A DNA stretch of 64,000 nucleotides. Source: Marsupella aquatica (lineage: Eukaryota > Plantae > Marchantiophyta). Where the stretch lies: positions 1,449,573 through 1,513,572 of the forward strand of contig OZ316899.1 of the NCBI GenBank assembly GCA_973895155.1, read 5' to 3'. Below, one piece after another: positions 1 to 10,193 of this stretch. The translations under genes were made by a program, and so were the position numbers. Within the stretch, counting starts at the first letter, position 1, and every line of letters begins with the position of its first letter. The notes under the pieces were generated by a model. That model was not told the origin of the DNA. It made no database searches and saw only the letters and a program-made list of their open reading frames with translations.

Positions 1-437
1 ACCTTGATGAGTTCTCCTCCTAAGAAGGCAGACTTCTGCAGCTCCCACAGTCGAGCGAGCTCCTGCTGTTCTCGAGCTGCTCTCTCTGATTCTTCGTCCT
101 TGTAAGTTCCAATGTACTCAGTTGCCCGTTTGAACAGGCATCCCCAAAAATGTGCCGCTTGATTGACGTTGCTCATACCCTCCTTGACTCGATCGTTGGT
201 ATCTGTTCCCACCCAGAGTGCTTGCCTAAGCAGCTGACAGTATTTGGCCTCCCGTAGTCGTCTGCTCAGTTTGTGCTTGCAAATGAGCCACAATTCCTCG
301 CGAGCGGTCCTTACCCCTCTCCTCCTCTGGTCTTCCCTCCCGTTGGTCACCCCTAGCCGCCGATGCTTAGCGCGCCCTAACCCTAATCGTGTTCTCTCCC
401 CCGGCGTCCTTACTTCCAGCCTCGGCCCGGGTTCCAT
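1..437 (-). CDS. Uninterrupted 5' part of the LTR-borne accessory ORF (145 codons, runs off the window)
   Basis: Manual translation from the ATG at 437 gives MEPGPRLEVRTPGERTRLGLGRAKHRRL...LWELQKSAFLGGELIK with no stop. It is missing from the ORF track because no stop lies inside the window. It is homologous to the frameshifted ORF at 57199-58892. Confidence 0.6.
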   Translation of the reverse strand, partial: MEPGPRLEVRTPGERTRLGLGRAKHRRLGVTNGREDQRRRGVRTAREELWLICKHKLSRRLREAKYCQLLRQALWVGTDTNDRVKEGMSNVNQAAHFWGCLFKRATEYIGTYKDEESERAAREQQELARLWELQKSAFLGGELIK

Positions 438-551
438 AGTCACCCTTAATTGTTTATATTTTTCTTGTCTTGTTACTATACTAAGGTGTTTCCAGGGTAC
501 ACTCCTGCTTTTACCATGTAAACCGGCCTAGTGATTCCTGGCTAGACAACA
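1..551 (-). mobile_element. Terminal 551 bp of an Athila/Tat-like LTR (same family as 57085-60424), cut by the window edge
   Basis: The reverse complement matches 57085-57613 closely (about 85-90% by eye). Both copies begin at the same point (TGTTGTCTAGCC vs TGATGCCTAGCC) with unrelated flanks, so this is a true element terminus. Confidence 0.8.
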
Positions 552-2874
552 CAGAAGCATTGCATAGTGACCTTAAAACACTTAAACTATCAATTGTTGC
601 GGAACACACTAAGGGGGACCTGCTTGATTATGTGGATGTAGAGGATGCACTTCATGCAGCGGAGTTAGAAGAAGCGCATTACGGCATAAGGCTTGCAAGG
701 GTGAGATGGTTGGGGGAAGGTGATGAGCCATCCAAATTTTGCAACAACCAGGGCTAAGCGCACGCGCGAGGCAATGGTGCGACTAGTAGTGGAGGATGGA
801 CAGGAGATTACTGACCGTGCTCGTATCATTATAGAATTAGTTAAGTGTTGTGAGGAGCTCTATGCTCCGATGGACGCATCTGGGTCAGAACAGGTGGACA
901 TCTTAAGAGCACGGCAGAAATTATTAGCCCATACGGAGGTGGCATTATCTACGGGAGAACTTGCCTGGCTGGAAGGACTCCCAAACGGGTTGGAAATAAA
1001 AGAAGTGCTATGGATGCTGCCCCAGGATAAAGCTCCGGGCCCGGACGGACTGACGGCTGAGGTGTACCGTGCTTGCTAGGACTTTGTTCAGGTGGATATG
1101 ATCCACATGGTACAAGAATTCTGGTTGACAGGTTGCATTGCAGCAAGGATTAAGGATAGAATAATCAAATTTATCCCTAAGAGGCCTGATAAGAGATTTC
1201 TGAAGGACTGGTGTCCTTTGACGATGCTTAATACTATATACAAGTTGATAGCTAAGATGCTGGCATTGAGGTTGAAGCTGATTCTGCCCAAATTGATAAG
1301 TCCGCAACAAACTGGATTTATTCTAGGCAGAAATATTCTAGAGAATATCTCCCTGGCCTGGCTTACTAGTGATTGGGTTAGGAATCGTAGACAAGAATCA
1401 CTTTTTTTATATAATTTAAAGGGGAAATCTATGAAACCCCACAGAAAGGGAAGAGTCAGTCACAATAGTTGAACCCAAGATCTATTAGTCACTACTTAAG
1501 TGAGCTACCACAAAGTCATGCCTCTCTGGGTTTAGGGTTTAGGGAATCACTTTTTTTGAAGCTGGAATTTGAAAAAGCATTTGACCGGGTGAACCACATG
1601 TACATCTGGGAAACGATGCATTTGCTTGGCATCAGTAGGCATTTTATTTCATTGGTGCGAGCTTTACTGGGGGATGCCACCTCATAGGTGTATGTAAATG
1701 GGATGCTTTTGAGAGACATTGGTCCGAGACGAGGCGTCCGGCAGGGCTGTCCACTATCACCATTACTTTTTGTAATATCTACCCAGCCCCTAATGGATTT
1801 TATGGATGAAGAGTTGGCAGGAGGCCGACTTATGGGGATACAAATCTCTGCGGTGCTTACGATATGCTATCGACTATTTGCTGACAATTTGGGAATGTTT
1901 ATTCCAGCTACTGAGATTGGCTTCCAACTAGCAACTGCTATATTGAATTGCTATGAAACTGCTACCGGAGCCAGGTTGAATTTACAAAAATTGGTGGTGA
2001 TTCCAATGGCAATGGAGAGTATGCCAGATTGGTTGAGGGCGACTGGCTATATGATCAGTGCTAGGGGAGAGCTACAAAAATATATGGGGGCTCCGCTAGG
2101 AATAGATCTAAAGACTTAACAGCTTCACCAGTTATGTCTGGATAAGATTGGTTCCAGACTCTCCTCATGGGCTAACAAGTTACTTTCATTCACTGGGAGA
2201 TCCCTTTTAGTTAGACATGTTCTACAAGCAATCCCAATTTACCACACTATGTTTCTGAAGGCCTCCACTGGACTGGCAAGAAAACTAACGGCACTGTGCA
2301 GGGACTTTCTATGGAGGTACAATCCGGAAGGGGGAAGGAAGGTTCCTTTGGTATCTTGGGCTAGAATGGCTTGGCCTCGAATGGAAGGTGGACTTGGGTT
2401 CAAGGATTTTAGGAGTCACTCAAATGCCTTGTTGTCGAAGTTGTCACACGTACGTTGGACTGTCCAACATCAGAATGGGCTCGCCTGTTTGAAGCTAACT
2501 TGAATCTGATAAGTTGGGAGAGCTACAAAGTGATATGCAAGAACCAATATACTTTTAAGGATAAATATGGTTGTGCACCTCACGTTTGCTGCAAGGACTA
2601 TCATATACGGGTGGATTATGGAGGGCCTGGGCTGAACTACGTTCTCACCTGATTTTTGTGCCCAAGGGGAGGATTCCAGGCAGATGGAGTATAGGGTACA
2701 CTTTACGATGCTTGAAAGGATGTCAAGCTTGGTCCAATGATGACTTTAGGATAGTAGTGGAGATATGTGGCAGGTTAGGAATAAAGTGCATGAATCTATG
2801 TCCTCACTCAATCACACCCCACACACTTAGCTATCAATTGTTGGACATGAGTGTGCATACCACACCACCAATAT
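552..2874 (+). mobile_element. Degenerate L1-like LINE, ORF2 reverse-transcriptase region
   Basis: Motifs seen in broken frames: KAPGPDG, LISPQQTGFILGRNILEN, LKLEFEKAFDRVNH, RGVRQGCPLSPLLF, LFADN, EGGLGFKD. Multiple stops and frameshifts. Confidence 0.9.
1409..1543. other. 135-bp insertion in the LINE, flanked by a 14-bp TSD and ending in telomeric repeats
   Basis: GAATCACTTTTTTT occurs at 1395-1408 and 1544-1557. Removing the insert and one copy restores RRQESLFLKLEFEKAFDRV. The insert ends ...CTGGG-TTTAGGG-TTTAGG(G). Confidence 0.85.
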
Positions 2875-2934
2875 AGTGGATCTGTGGAGTACTTTGGGAG
2901 TTCCACAGAGGATCAAAGGATCAAAGGATCAAAC

Positions 2935-5900
2935 GAGTCCACAGATCCACTGCATGCTAGAACCCAACAAAGGAAGGTAGATGCATGTCATCCTAACACC
3001 ATCTCCTTATCTGACTCATCATGCCATTTGGCTCGAGTCTCACCCTCCTGACTGGTACATGGATTGCGGCCCAATCCATCTGCATCCAAGTTCACTTTAC
3101 CAGGCCTATGCACCACCTGGAAATCATACTCCTGTAACAACAACGCCCATTGTGCAAGCTTCCCTGTAAACTTGTCACACTCCATTAACCATTTGAGAGG
3201 CTAATGATCAATGATCAAGGTGAAGGGGTTACCAAACAAGTAGCAACGGAAGTGTGCTACAGCCCACACTACTGCCAGACACTCTCCCTCATAAGAGCTA
3301 TACTTAGCCTCTGCTAAATTGTTTGATCTACTGGCATAAGCCACAACAAACTCATCCCCCTCATCATCCTTTTGAGTCAGCACTGCTCCAAGTCCTACTC
3401 CACTCCAATCAGTGTATAGCTAAAATGGTCTCCACGAAATGGGTCTTCTCAAAATAGGGGATGATGCCAATCTTTCTTTCAACTCCTAAAAGGCATGCTC
3501 CTTGTCATCACCCCAAATCCACTCTTGATCCAACTTAGTGAGTATGGTTAAAGGTTTAGCAAGTTGGCTAAATCCTTTAACGTACCTCTTGTAGTAGCTC
3601 GCCAATCCCAAGAATGCACAAACTCTACTCACATCGTAGGACAAGGAATCTATGTAATGACCTCCACCTTAGTCTACTGCACACCCAATCCCCCTAGGTA
3701 GATGGTGTGCCCAAATACTCAATCTGGTCTTGGAAGAACTCACACTTGCCAGGATGGAGTTTCAACCCATGTTCTCTCAATCTCTCCAACATAATCTGCA
3801 AGTGCTATTGATGTTCTTCCACAGTGGAAGAATAGACCAAAATATCATCAATGTAACATCTGACAAAATCCAAACCTGCAAGAATTTGATCCATGACTCT
3901 ATGGAATTCAGCTGGTGCATTTTTCAACCCAAATGGTAAGAACAACCACTGATACAAACGATCCTTGCCATACAAATCAATTCCCCAAAATACTATCTTG
4001 GACCTGTCAAAATGTTTGATTCAAAGTTGATGGTACCCTACCCTCAGATTCAATGAACTAAAAACCTTTGCATGCCCCATTGCATCAAAGATCTCCTCAG
4101 GTGTGGGCATGACATATCAATCAGATTTTGTCTAACGATTAATAGGTCGGTAATCACCACACATTTGCCTATTCGTGTAATTGCCATGCACACCCTTCTT
4201 GGCTGGCATCATTGTGGCAAATGCATACTCTCCGTATGAGATCTCCACCAAACCAGCCTCCAACAAATTCTAAGTTCTGCTATGAATCAAAGCTCTTTCC
4301 ATGTCATTGGAATGGTATGGTCTACAAAAGATTGACGCATCACTAGCCAATTCAATCTGAGTACCAAGGCCCTTCAATATCCCCAAATCCTTCATACCAA
4401 ATGCAAAAACAATTATAGTAACTCTTTAGGAATTGATGCATGCGATGTCTCTCCTCCCCTGTCAACTTAGAACCAATCTGTGGCTCCCAACTCTCCACAA
4501 AATCTTTGATGTCTTTTTGTAGGGTAGAAGAAATAGTTGATGATTGCTATTTAGCAGTAGTTTGAGCAGCTCCTTCCTACTCAACAATCTGTCCTGCCTT
4601 GGCCAATCCTGCCATAGGTTCATGGACTATCTGCTCGTCCTCAATTGTGGCCACTACTATCTCAGTAGGCCATGAGCTCACCAATGGATGATCTGTAACA
4701 CTAGCAGAGCGCATCCAAATTTTCTCTACTGCTCCCAAGCTGACAATCCAAGTCCAACAATTCAAATCCATGGCTTGGCCAAGGACCTGGCGATGTGAAC
4801 TCTCTAATACATATGCAACTACAGTTGTACCTGTGGAGAATCCCATCCGCTCTTTCTCATCAGCAGTGGACTCTACTAACTGTTGTAGAGCTGTATCCCA
4901 CACAAGTCCAGGGCCACATGCGCTGAAAGCATATGAAGCAAAGTGGCTCACAAAAGTGAGTAATGCACAATGTGGGCGCCCAACCACATTGACCATGGCC
5001 AATGGAGATCTGTCAGGCTGGGTCACACCCTATGAACGTCACCCTGGATCCAAAATATCATCCACTACCAAGGCTCGTGAGTGAGGAATGTTGTCAAATG
5101 CTCACTTCAACACCTCACCTGGTAACAAATTAGTCCACCACAAGCGTGGACGATGTGCAAGAGAACCCACATGTGCAGCATCCAATAACACAGCAGGTCC
5201 AATCCAAGACCTCACTTGATGAACATTGGCAACAATCCGCTGATGATGTTCACCCAAGAGTGACACATTCTCCAAAATGTAGGTTGGAGGCTGCGTGTGA
5301 TACAATTGGAGATGACGCAACACCCATAACATAACCCAAAATAATGCAGATTGTGGATCATGAAGTCCATGTCCAACTCCAGCTCTAGATTGGTCCTGAC
5401 ATGGCCAACCAACAATCACCAAATCAATAGGGCCAATGCAATCCAAATGATCCGCCCCCAACAATGAAATATCATTATGCAGTGCATGCTGATAGCCACA
5501 AACAACATCCACTGGCAATAACTATGGATAACGATCCACCAACATAGCCACATGGCACAATGAGACTCTCTGTGCTGTCTCATCTATCTTCACATACAAG
5601 TAACGACGCGCAGGAATTCTTGCCTGAAGAACAATAGCCAATCTAGTGCTAATCCCACCAAATAAATCCAACAAACAAATACCCTCCGGTGGATATTGCC
5701 ATGCAATGGGAGTTGTATCCAATGGTGAAAGAGCCATCGGCCCACCTGCAAGAGACTGCTCTGCTCCAAGTTGTGGTGTAAAAGTATGACACCATGCATC
5801 ATGTACCAATCGTACTGCTGTCTGTGGCAAGGCCTGGCTAGTGCCCCACACTGGTGGCACAACATTACCAATAGGTAACCCATGCATGACTTGCTCCTCA

Positions 5901-6246
5901 TGTGACTCCTCCATTGTTGAAACATCTATTGCATGTGCGTTACCCTCCATAAAATCATCAGGATCAGTGATCATACCATTGAATGTTGCCAAAGACAATG
6001 GTGTAGATTTAGGGCCTCCCACAGGTCCACTAAATTGCATTGGCAATCTGCTCAATCTAGCATCTCCTGATTGCCAATCAAGTCGGTATGAAATTGATTC
6101 ATCCCAAAAAATCAAGAATAAATCCCATGGGGTACAGTACTATACATCCCACCAACACATCATAGGACTCTGTCTTAGTCAAAATAGCTTGTGTCTGTAT
6201 GTGGGAGCTATCCTTCGCATGACCCTCCTAAATCCAAACAATAAGT
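2935..6246 (-). mobile_element. Ty3/Gypsy copy 1 (internal fragment): protease C-terminus - DNA methyltransferase - RT - RNase H
   Basis: RT N-terminus FCRPY...LLEAGLVEIS, RT LPFGLKNAPAEF...CYIDDIL and RNase H VVAYASRS...GECLAVVWAVAHFRCYL are all present. About 90% similar to copy 2 (18300-19980) where they overlap. Confidence 0.9.
4735..5680 (-). pseudogene. DNMT3-like C5 DNA cytosine methyltransferase domain inside Gypsy pol (frame intact, four in-frame stops)
   Basis: Motifs in canonical order: I ICLLDLFGGIST; IV IDLVIVGWPCQDQSRAG; VI YILENV; VIII LDAAHVGSLAHRPRLWWTNL; IX EKERMGFSTGTT; X HRQVLGQAMD. ORFs 5522-6115, 5102-5518 and 4577-5026 share one frame. Confidence 0.9.
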
Positions 6247-6278
6247 TGTGAAAGCTTGTGTGGACACAAGGTGTGATA

Positions 6279-6957
6279 AGAACCTGCCAGTTAAGCGCTC
6301 GCGGCCAGAAATAGCCCCGGGATGGGTGACCTTGTACTTCATCTTGCGCTCGCGACTCAAAATAGTTCCAGGATGGGTGACCTCGCAATTTGCCTTATGC
6401 GTGCACAAACAAAAGTTGTTGGGCTCAGAAATGGCAACATTTGCGACTCGGAAGTGGCAACTTCCTTCACAAAAATGCCATCCAATAGCACACACAATTT
6501 GGCAACATCGGCCCTCAGTCCCTTCACAAAAAATGCAGCTTCGGGATCATCGACGATTCATGATTGTTGATAATTCACTATTGCACCTCCATTGTCGGTG
6601 CCACTATGAATCCAACAACATTTGTGAATGTTTCTTCCTGAAAACAACAAATCTATGCAGGAACATAGTCAAACATCCCCAATTGGGTTTCGCAGATCAA
6701 CAATCTGCTTTCAGAGTTGGCAACATCCAAAATTGCGTGATCAATCTGATTGAGGCTTCGAGGCAACTCGTGGTTACTCGGGATGAGGGGCATGAGGGCG
6801 GAGTAGGGGTAGGTGGGCCAGCAAGCCAGCTTGCTGGTACGTGAGGAGAATTGCAAGTGCTACCATTTTGGAGTGGCACATTTGGTGCATAATGACAAGT
6901 GAGAGGTCACCCATCCCAAAGCTATTCCTCCCCTCATGCGCTTAACTAGCAAGTTCC
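6279..6957. mobile_element. 679-bp non-autonomous TIR element with TA target duplication
   Basis: Imperfect ~55-bp TIRs (AGAACCTGCCAGTTAAGCGC...GGATGGGTGACCT and AGGTCACCCATCC...GCGCTTAACTAGCAAGTTCC). TA at 6277-6278 and 6958-6959. Confidence 0.7.
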
Positions 6958-8205
6958 TATGTGGTGCATTGTACATGCTTCCTTCCACACTTGGTGTCCA
7001 AGGAATGAGGCCCTAGGGGTTTTATGCACTTTTGAATTCATCTAGATACTTTGTTTTAGCTAGTTTGCGATGGATTCTTGAATATTTGACGCGGGATTCT
7101 TGAGGCCTATTATGAAGGCCCTACATTGAACTATATGCACATTATTTTCATGTATTTCTGATTGATTGGTGTGGAGAGTTGTGGTAAATCCTCTTCTTGT
7201 TGTTGGATACTCTTCACACATGCTTCTTGTTTATGCGCCATGTTGGTTTGGCGTGAGCGCTTGATTCTATAGGAGTGATCCGGGTTTGCAACCGGACATT
7301 CTAGTTGTGCTACGTATTTCTCTCCTGGTGATGTTCACTAGTAGAAATACCCCCTATTTTTGACCATAAAATACGACTGACTATGACTAAAATCGGTCAT
7401 CTATGACATTAAACACTAACGTCGTTCTTGCAACTAGTAGTCGTAAAAGTGGTGACTTGGATTGACTTAGTCATATTATTGACTAGTGTCAATAGTCTTT
7501 TTAGTGACTAGAGGCTCAAGTATTTAGATCTATACATCAGTCAAACATAAGTGTTTAGAATGACTTAGTTCGAGTCATATAGGGTTTTCCATGAGTGATT
7601 GGTAACACTGATTTGACCGCACTAGTTTCCGTAGACAATGATGTCATTCATATTCGAGACTAAGTCATTCATGCCACAAAAGCACCAATCCAACTAACAA
7701 TGGCATAATAACAGAGTAAAAATATGAGCAATCCATCAAAAAATAGAGTATACTTGAGGATTGAGAGAGAGAGAATTCTGCAGCAGAGAAGATGATGGTG
7801 AGCAAAGACAAACAAACAGAGTACTGACAAAGTGGAGAGAGACACACGGATGGAGAGAGAGCAAGGAGAGAATTAAGCAAGGAGAAAATTCTGCTCAGTG
7901 TTGAAGTAGTCAAACCAAAGCTGGTACAGACGTGCGAGAAGACCCAGGACTCTAAGATTGGACACTCGATTGCTAATCCTGAAAGATTGTGTAGAATAAA
8001 AGTGGACAATTGTTGGGCTAGCATTTTCACAGTTGAATAAAGGAATTCACAAGTCAAAGAACCCAATAGAACTTAGTTGTAGAGTAGCATATTGAAGCAA
8101 ACATGCGAGTCTACAAGCAGCAAATTAAAATATTGGCAATGGCAGCACAAACGCCCGACCCTGAGACTGTTGGGTATTTACTCTTACGTCTAGGTTAGGT
8201 ATGAC

Positions 8206-8384
8206 GTGGTTGGTACAACAACGTGGGTTGGTACAACTACGTGGTTAGGTACAACTACGTGGTTAGGTACAACTACGTGATTAGGTACAACTACGTGATT
8301 AGGTACAACTACGTGATTAGGTACAACTATGTGGTTAGGTACAACTATGTGGTTAGGTACAACTATGTGGTTAGGTACAACTAT
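8206..8384 (+). repeat. 18-bp tandem array (GTGGTTAGGTACAACTAC) in the 5' LTR U3, 10 units
   Basis: Units counted directly. The 3' LTR has 9, which explains the 475 vs 457 bp LTR lengths. Confidence 0.95.
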
Positions 8385-9158
8385 GTTGCACACTATATCA
8401 TAAGAGGCATGTGTGCTTGGAGAGGTAGAACCAAGGCTCATTGTTATGGAGCCACTTGAGAGATAGGGAGAGCTTACACTGTGGAGACTCGGTATAGCCG
8501 ACGGGCTTAGAGTTTAGTAAAGCTCTCTTGTGTGTTCCCGTGGACGTAGCCTCAAGGAGGTGAACCACGTATCTCTTGTGTCGACTATTATGCGTTGGAT
8601 GGTTCATGGGCTTGCCGTTGCGATCGTCGTCTATGCTCAACAATTGGTATCAGAGCATGCTTGGGAGGTGACGTGTGTTCGTGACGGGATTTCATGACGG
8701 TTTTTCCAGCGTTGAGTGTTGGTGGATTTTCCAGAGTTCCATCGCATGGAACTTGGAGTTTATGGGCTCAACGGATAGATCAGGGCAAGAGCTTTCTAAC
8801 GGTGTGAAGAAATCGTTGAACGGAGCTCGTGGTGCAGAGAGATCTAAGTTTTCGTCGTTCTGGATTTTGTGAAGAAAGTTGGCAATCGACTCGGAGGGAG
8901 AAGCGTCAAGTGTTTTGACTCAACGGAGAGATTGAGGCAAGACGATTGTTTTTGAGTCCGGGATTGGCTCTTTGATGCAAAGAGGAAGGCTAAGCAAAAT
9001 CAATTACCTTGTTGGACTTGGTGACGGCACCAAGTGCAATTGATCAACATTCGTTGTTGACAAGTATTGGACTCCTAGCTTTGTGGGCTACGCGGCGGTG
9101 TTGAGTTTCGAGTTTTTTGAGAAGTTGTGAAAAACAACATTTTTTGTGACTTTCTCAT

Positions 9159-10193
9159 ATGAGTGATTCGGAGGAGTTTTTCGAAGACGTGGAACTTGAA
9201 GCACGAGGATCACCGCGGAGGTTTCAGGGGCAGAGAGAGGAGCAGGAGGAAGAGCACGTGACACCGATACCATCACTGGTGCGGCGTGTGGTGGAGGAAG
9301 CAGTACTACTACCGGAGCTCACGGTAAAGAAGAAGATGGGGACTTTCAAGCTTGGGGGACCCAAGTATGAAGTGACAAAGTATGATGGGCGCTCTGACTA
9401 CTTGCTATGGGAGAAGCAGGTGAAGGGAGTGCTTTATGCGTCAGGGATGGGCCAACTGCTGAGCCCTCGTGAAGACGATGTTGATGAGAAACAATAGGAC
9501 CGCATGCAGGAGCAGGGAGTGTGGTGTGTTACACTCTATCTCATGCCTCCCATCATCAAGCAGTTAGGTGCACATAAGGATTGCATGTCCTTGTTTGCGG
9601 AATTGCAGAGCAAGTATCACCGCAAGGAGTTGTCGAACCGGCTCTACACTTCCTACAAACTGATGAGTTTCAGGATGAAGGAATCTGGTACGAAGTTGCA
9701 AGACCATGTGGATGCTTTCAACGACATGGTCGTTGACTTGGAAAACCTTGGGGAGACTTTGAATGATGAGACGAAGGCTCTGCAGCTTCTTAGTTCATTG
9801 CCTCCATCTTACCAGTCCCTATCACGAGTGTTGTTGCATCGTGATAGGGATACCATTTCATACAATGACGTGGTAAGTTCTCTGCTTAGTGATGATCTTC
9901 AGCAGAAGATGCACATCACGTCACAGCCTTCATCATCTGGTGCTGCCCTCAATGTTAACCGTGGGAGGAGTATGCAGCGACCAACTGGGGACCGTAGAAC
10001 CCAGTTTAGATCTAAATCCAGATCTAAGTCCAAGGGTAAATCCCCTCAGAGGAGGCAGGTGACATGTTGGAAGTGCAACCAAGTTGGACACTTCAAGCGA
10101 GACTGTAAGGGAAAGGCAGCGGAAACTTCATCGGCAAATGTGGCTAGGGCTGATGGAGAAGCTGATTTACTCAATGATGAGTATGTTTTATGA
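9159..10193 (+). CDS. gag: Copia A gag (one premature TAG at 9495-9497)
   Basis: KYDGRSDYLLWEKQV, UBN2-type capsid region, CWKCNQVGHFKRDC zinc knuckle. Confidence 0.9.

Noticed and set aside
4735-5680. Methyltransferase as a host DNMT3/DRM gene or processed pseudogene
   Set aside because: It is intronless, in frame with the retroviral protease region upstream, near-contiguous with RT downstream, and at the same position in a second copy. The motif order is not the permuted DRM order.
6248-6879. 198-aa and smaller ORFs in the TIR element as a transposase
   Set aside because: No DDE or DNA-binding motif recognised, and the long ORF crosses the element boundary.
8190-8459. ORFs with (VVPNH)n or (YNYVVR)n repeats, also at 13680-13913
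   Set aside because: They are translations of the 18-bp LTR tandem array; a unit divisible by three creates open frames.
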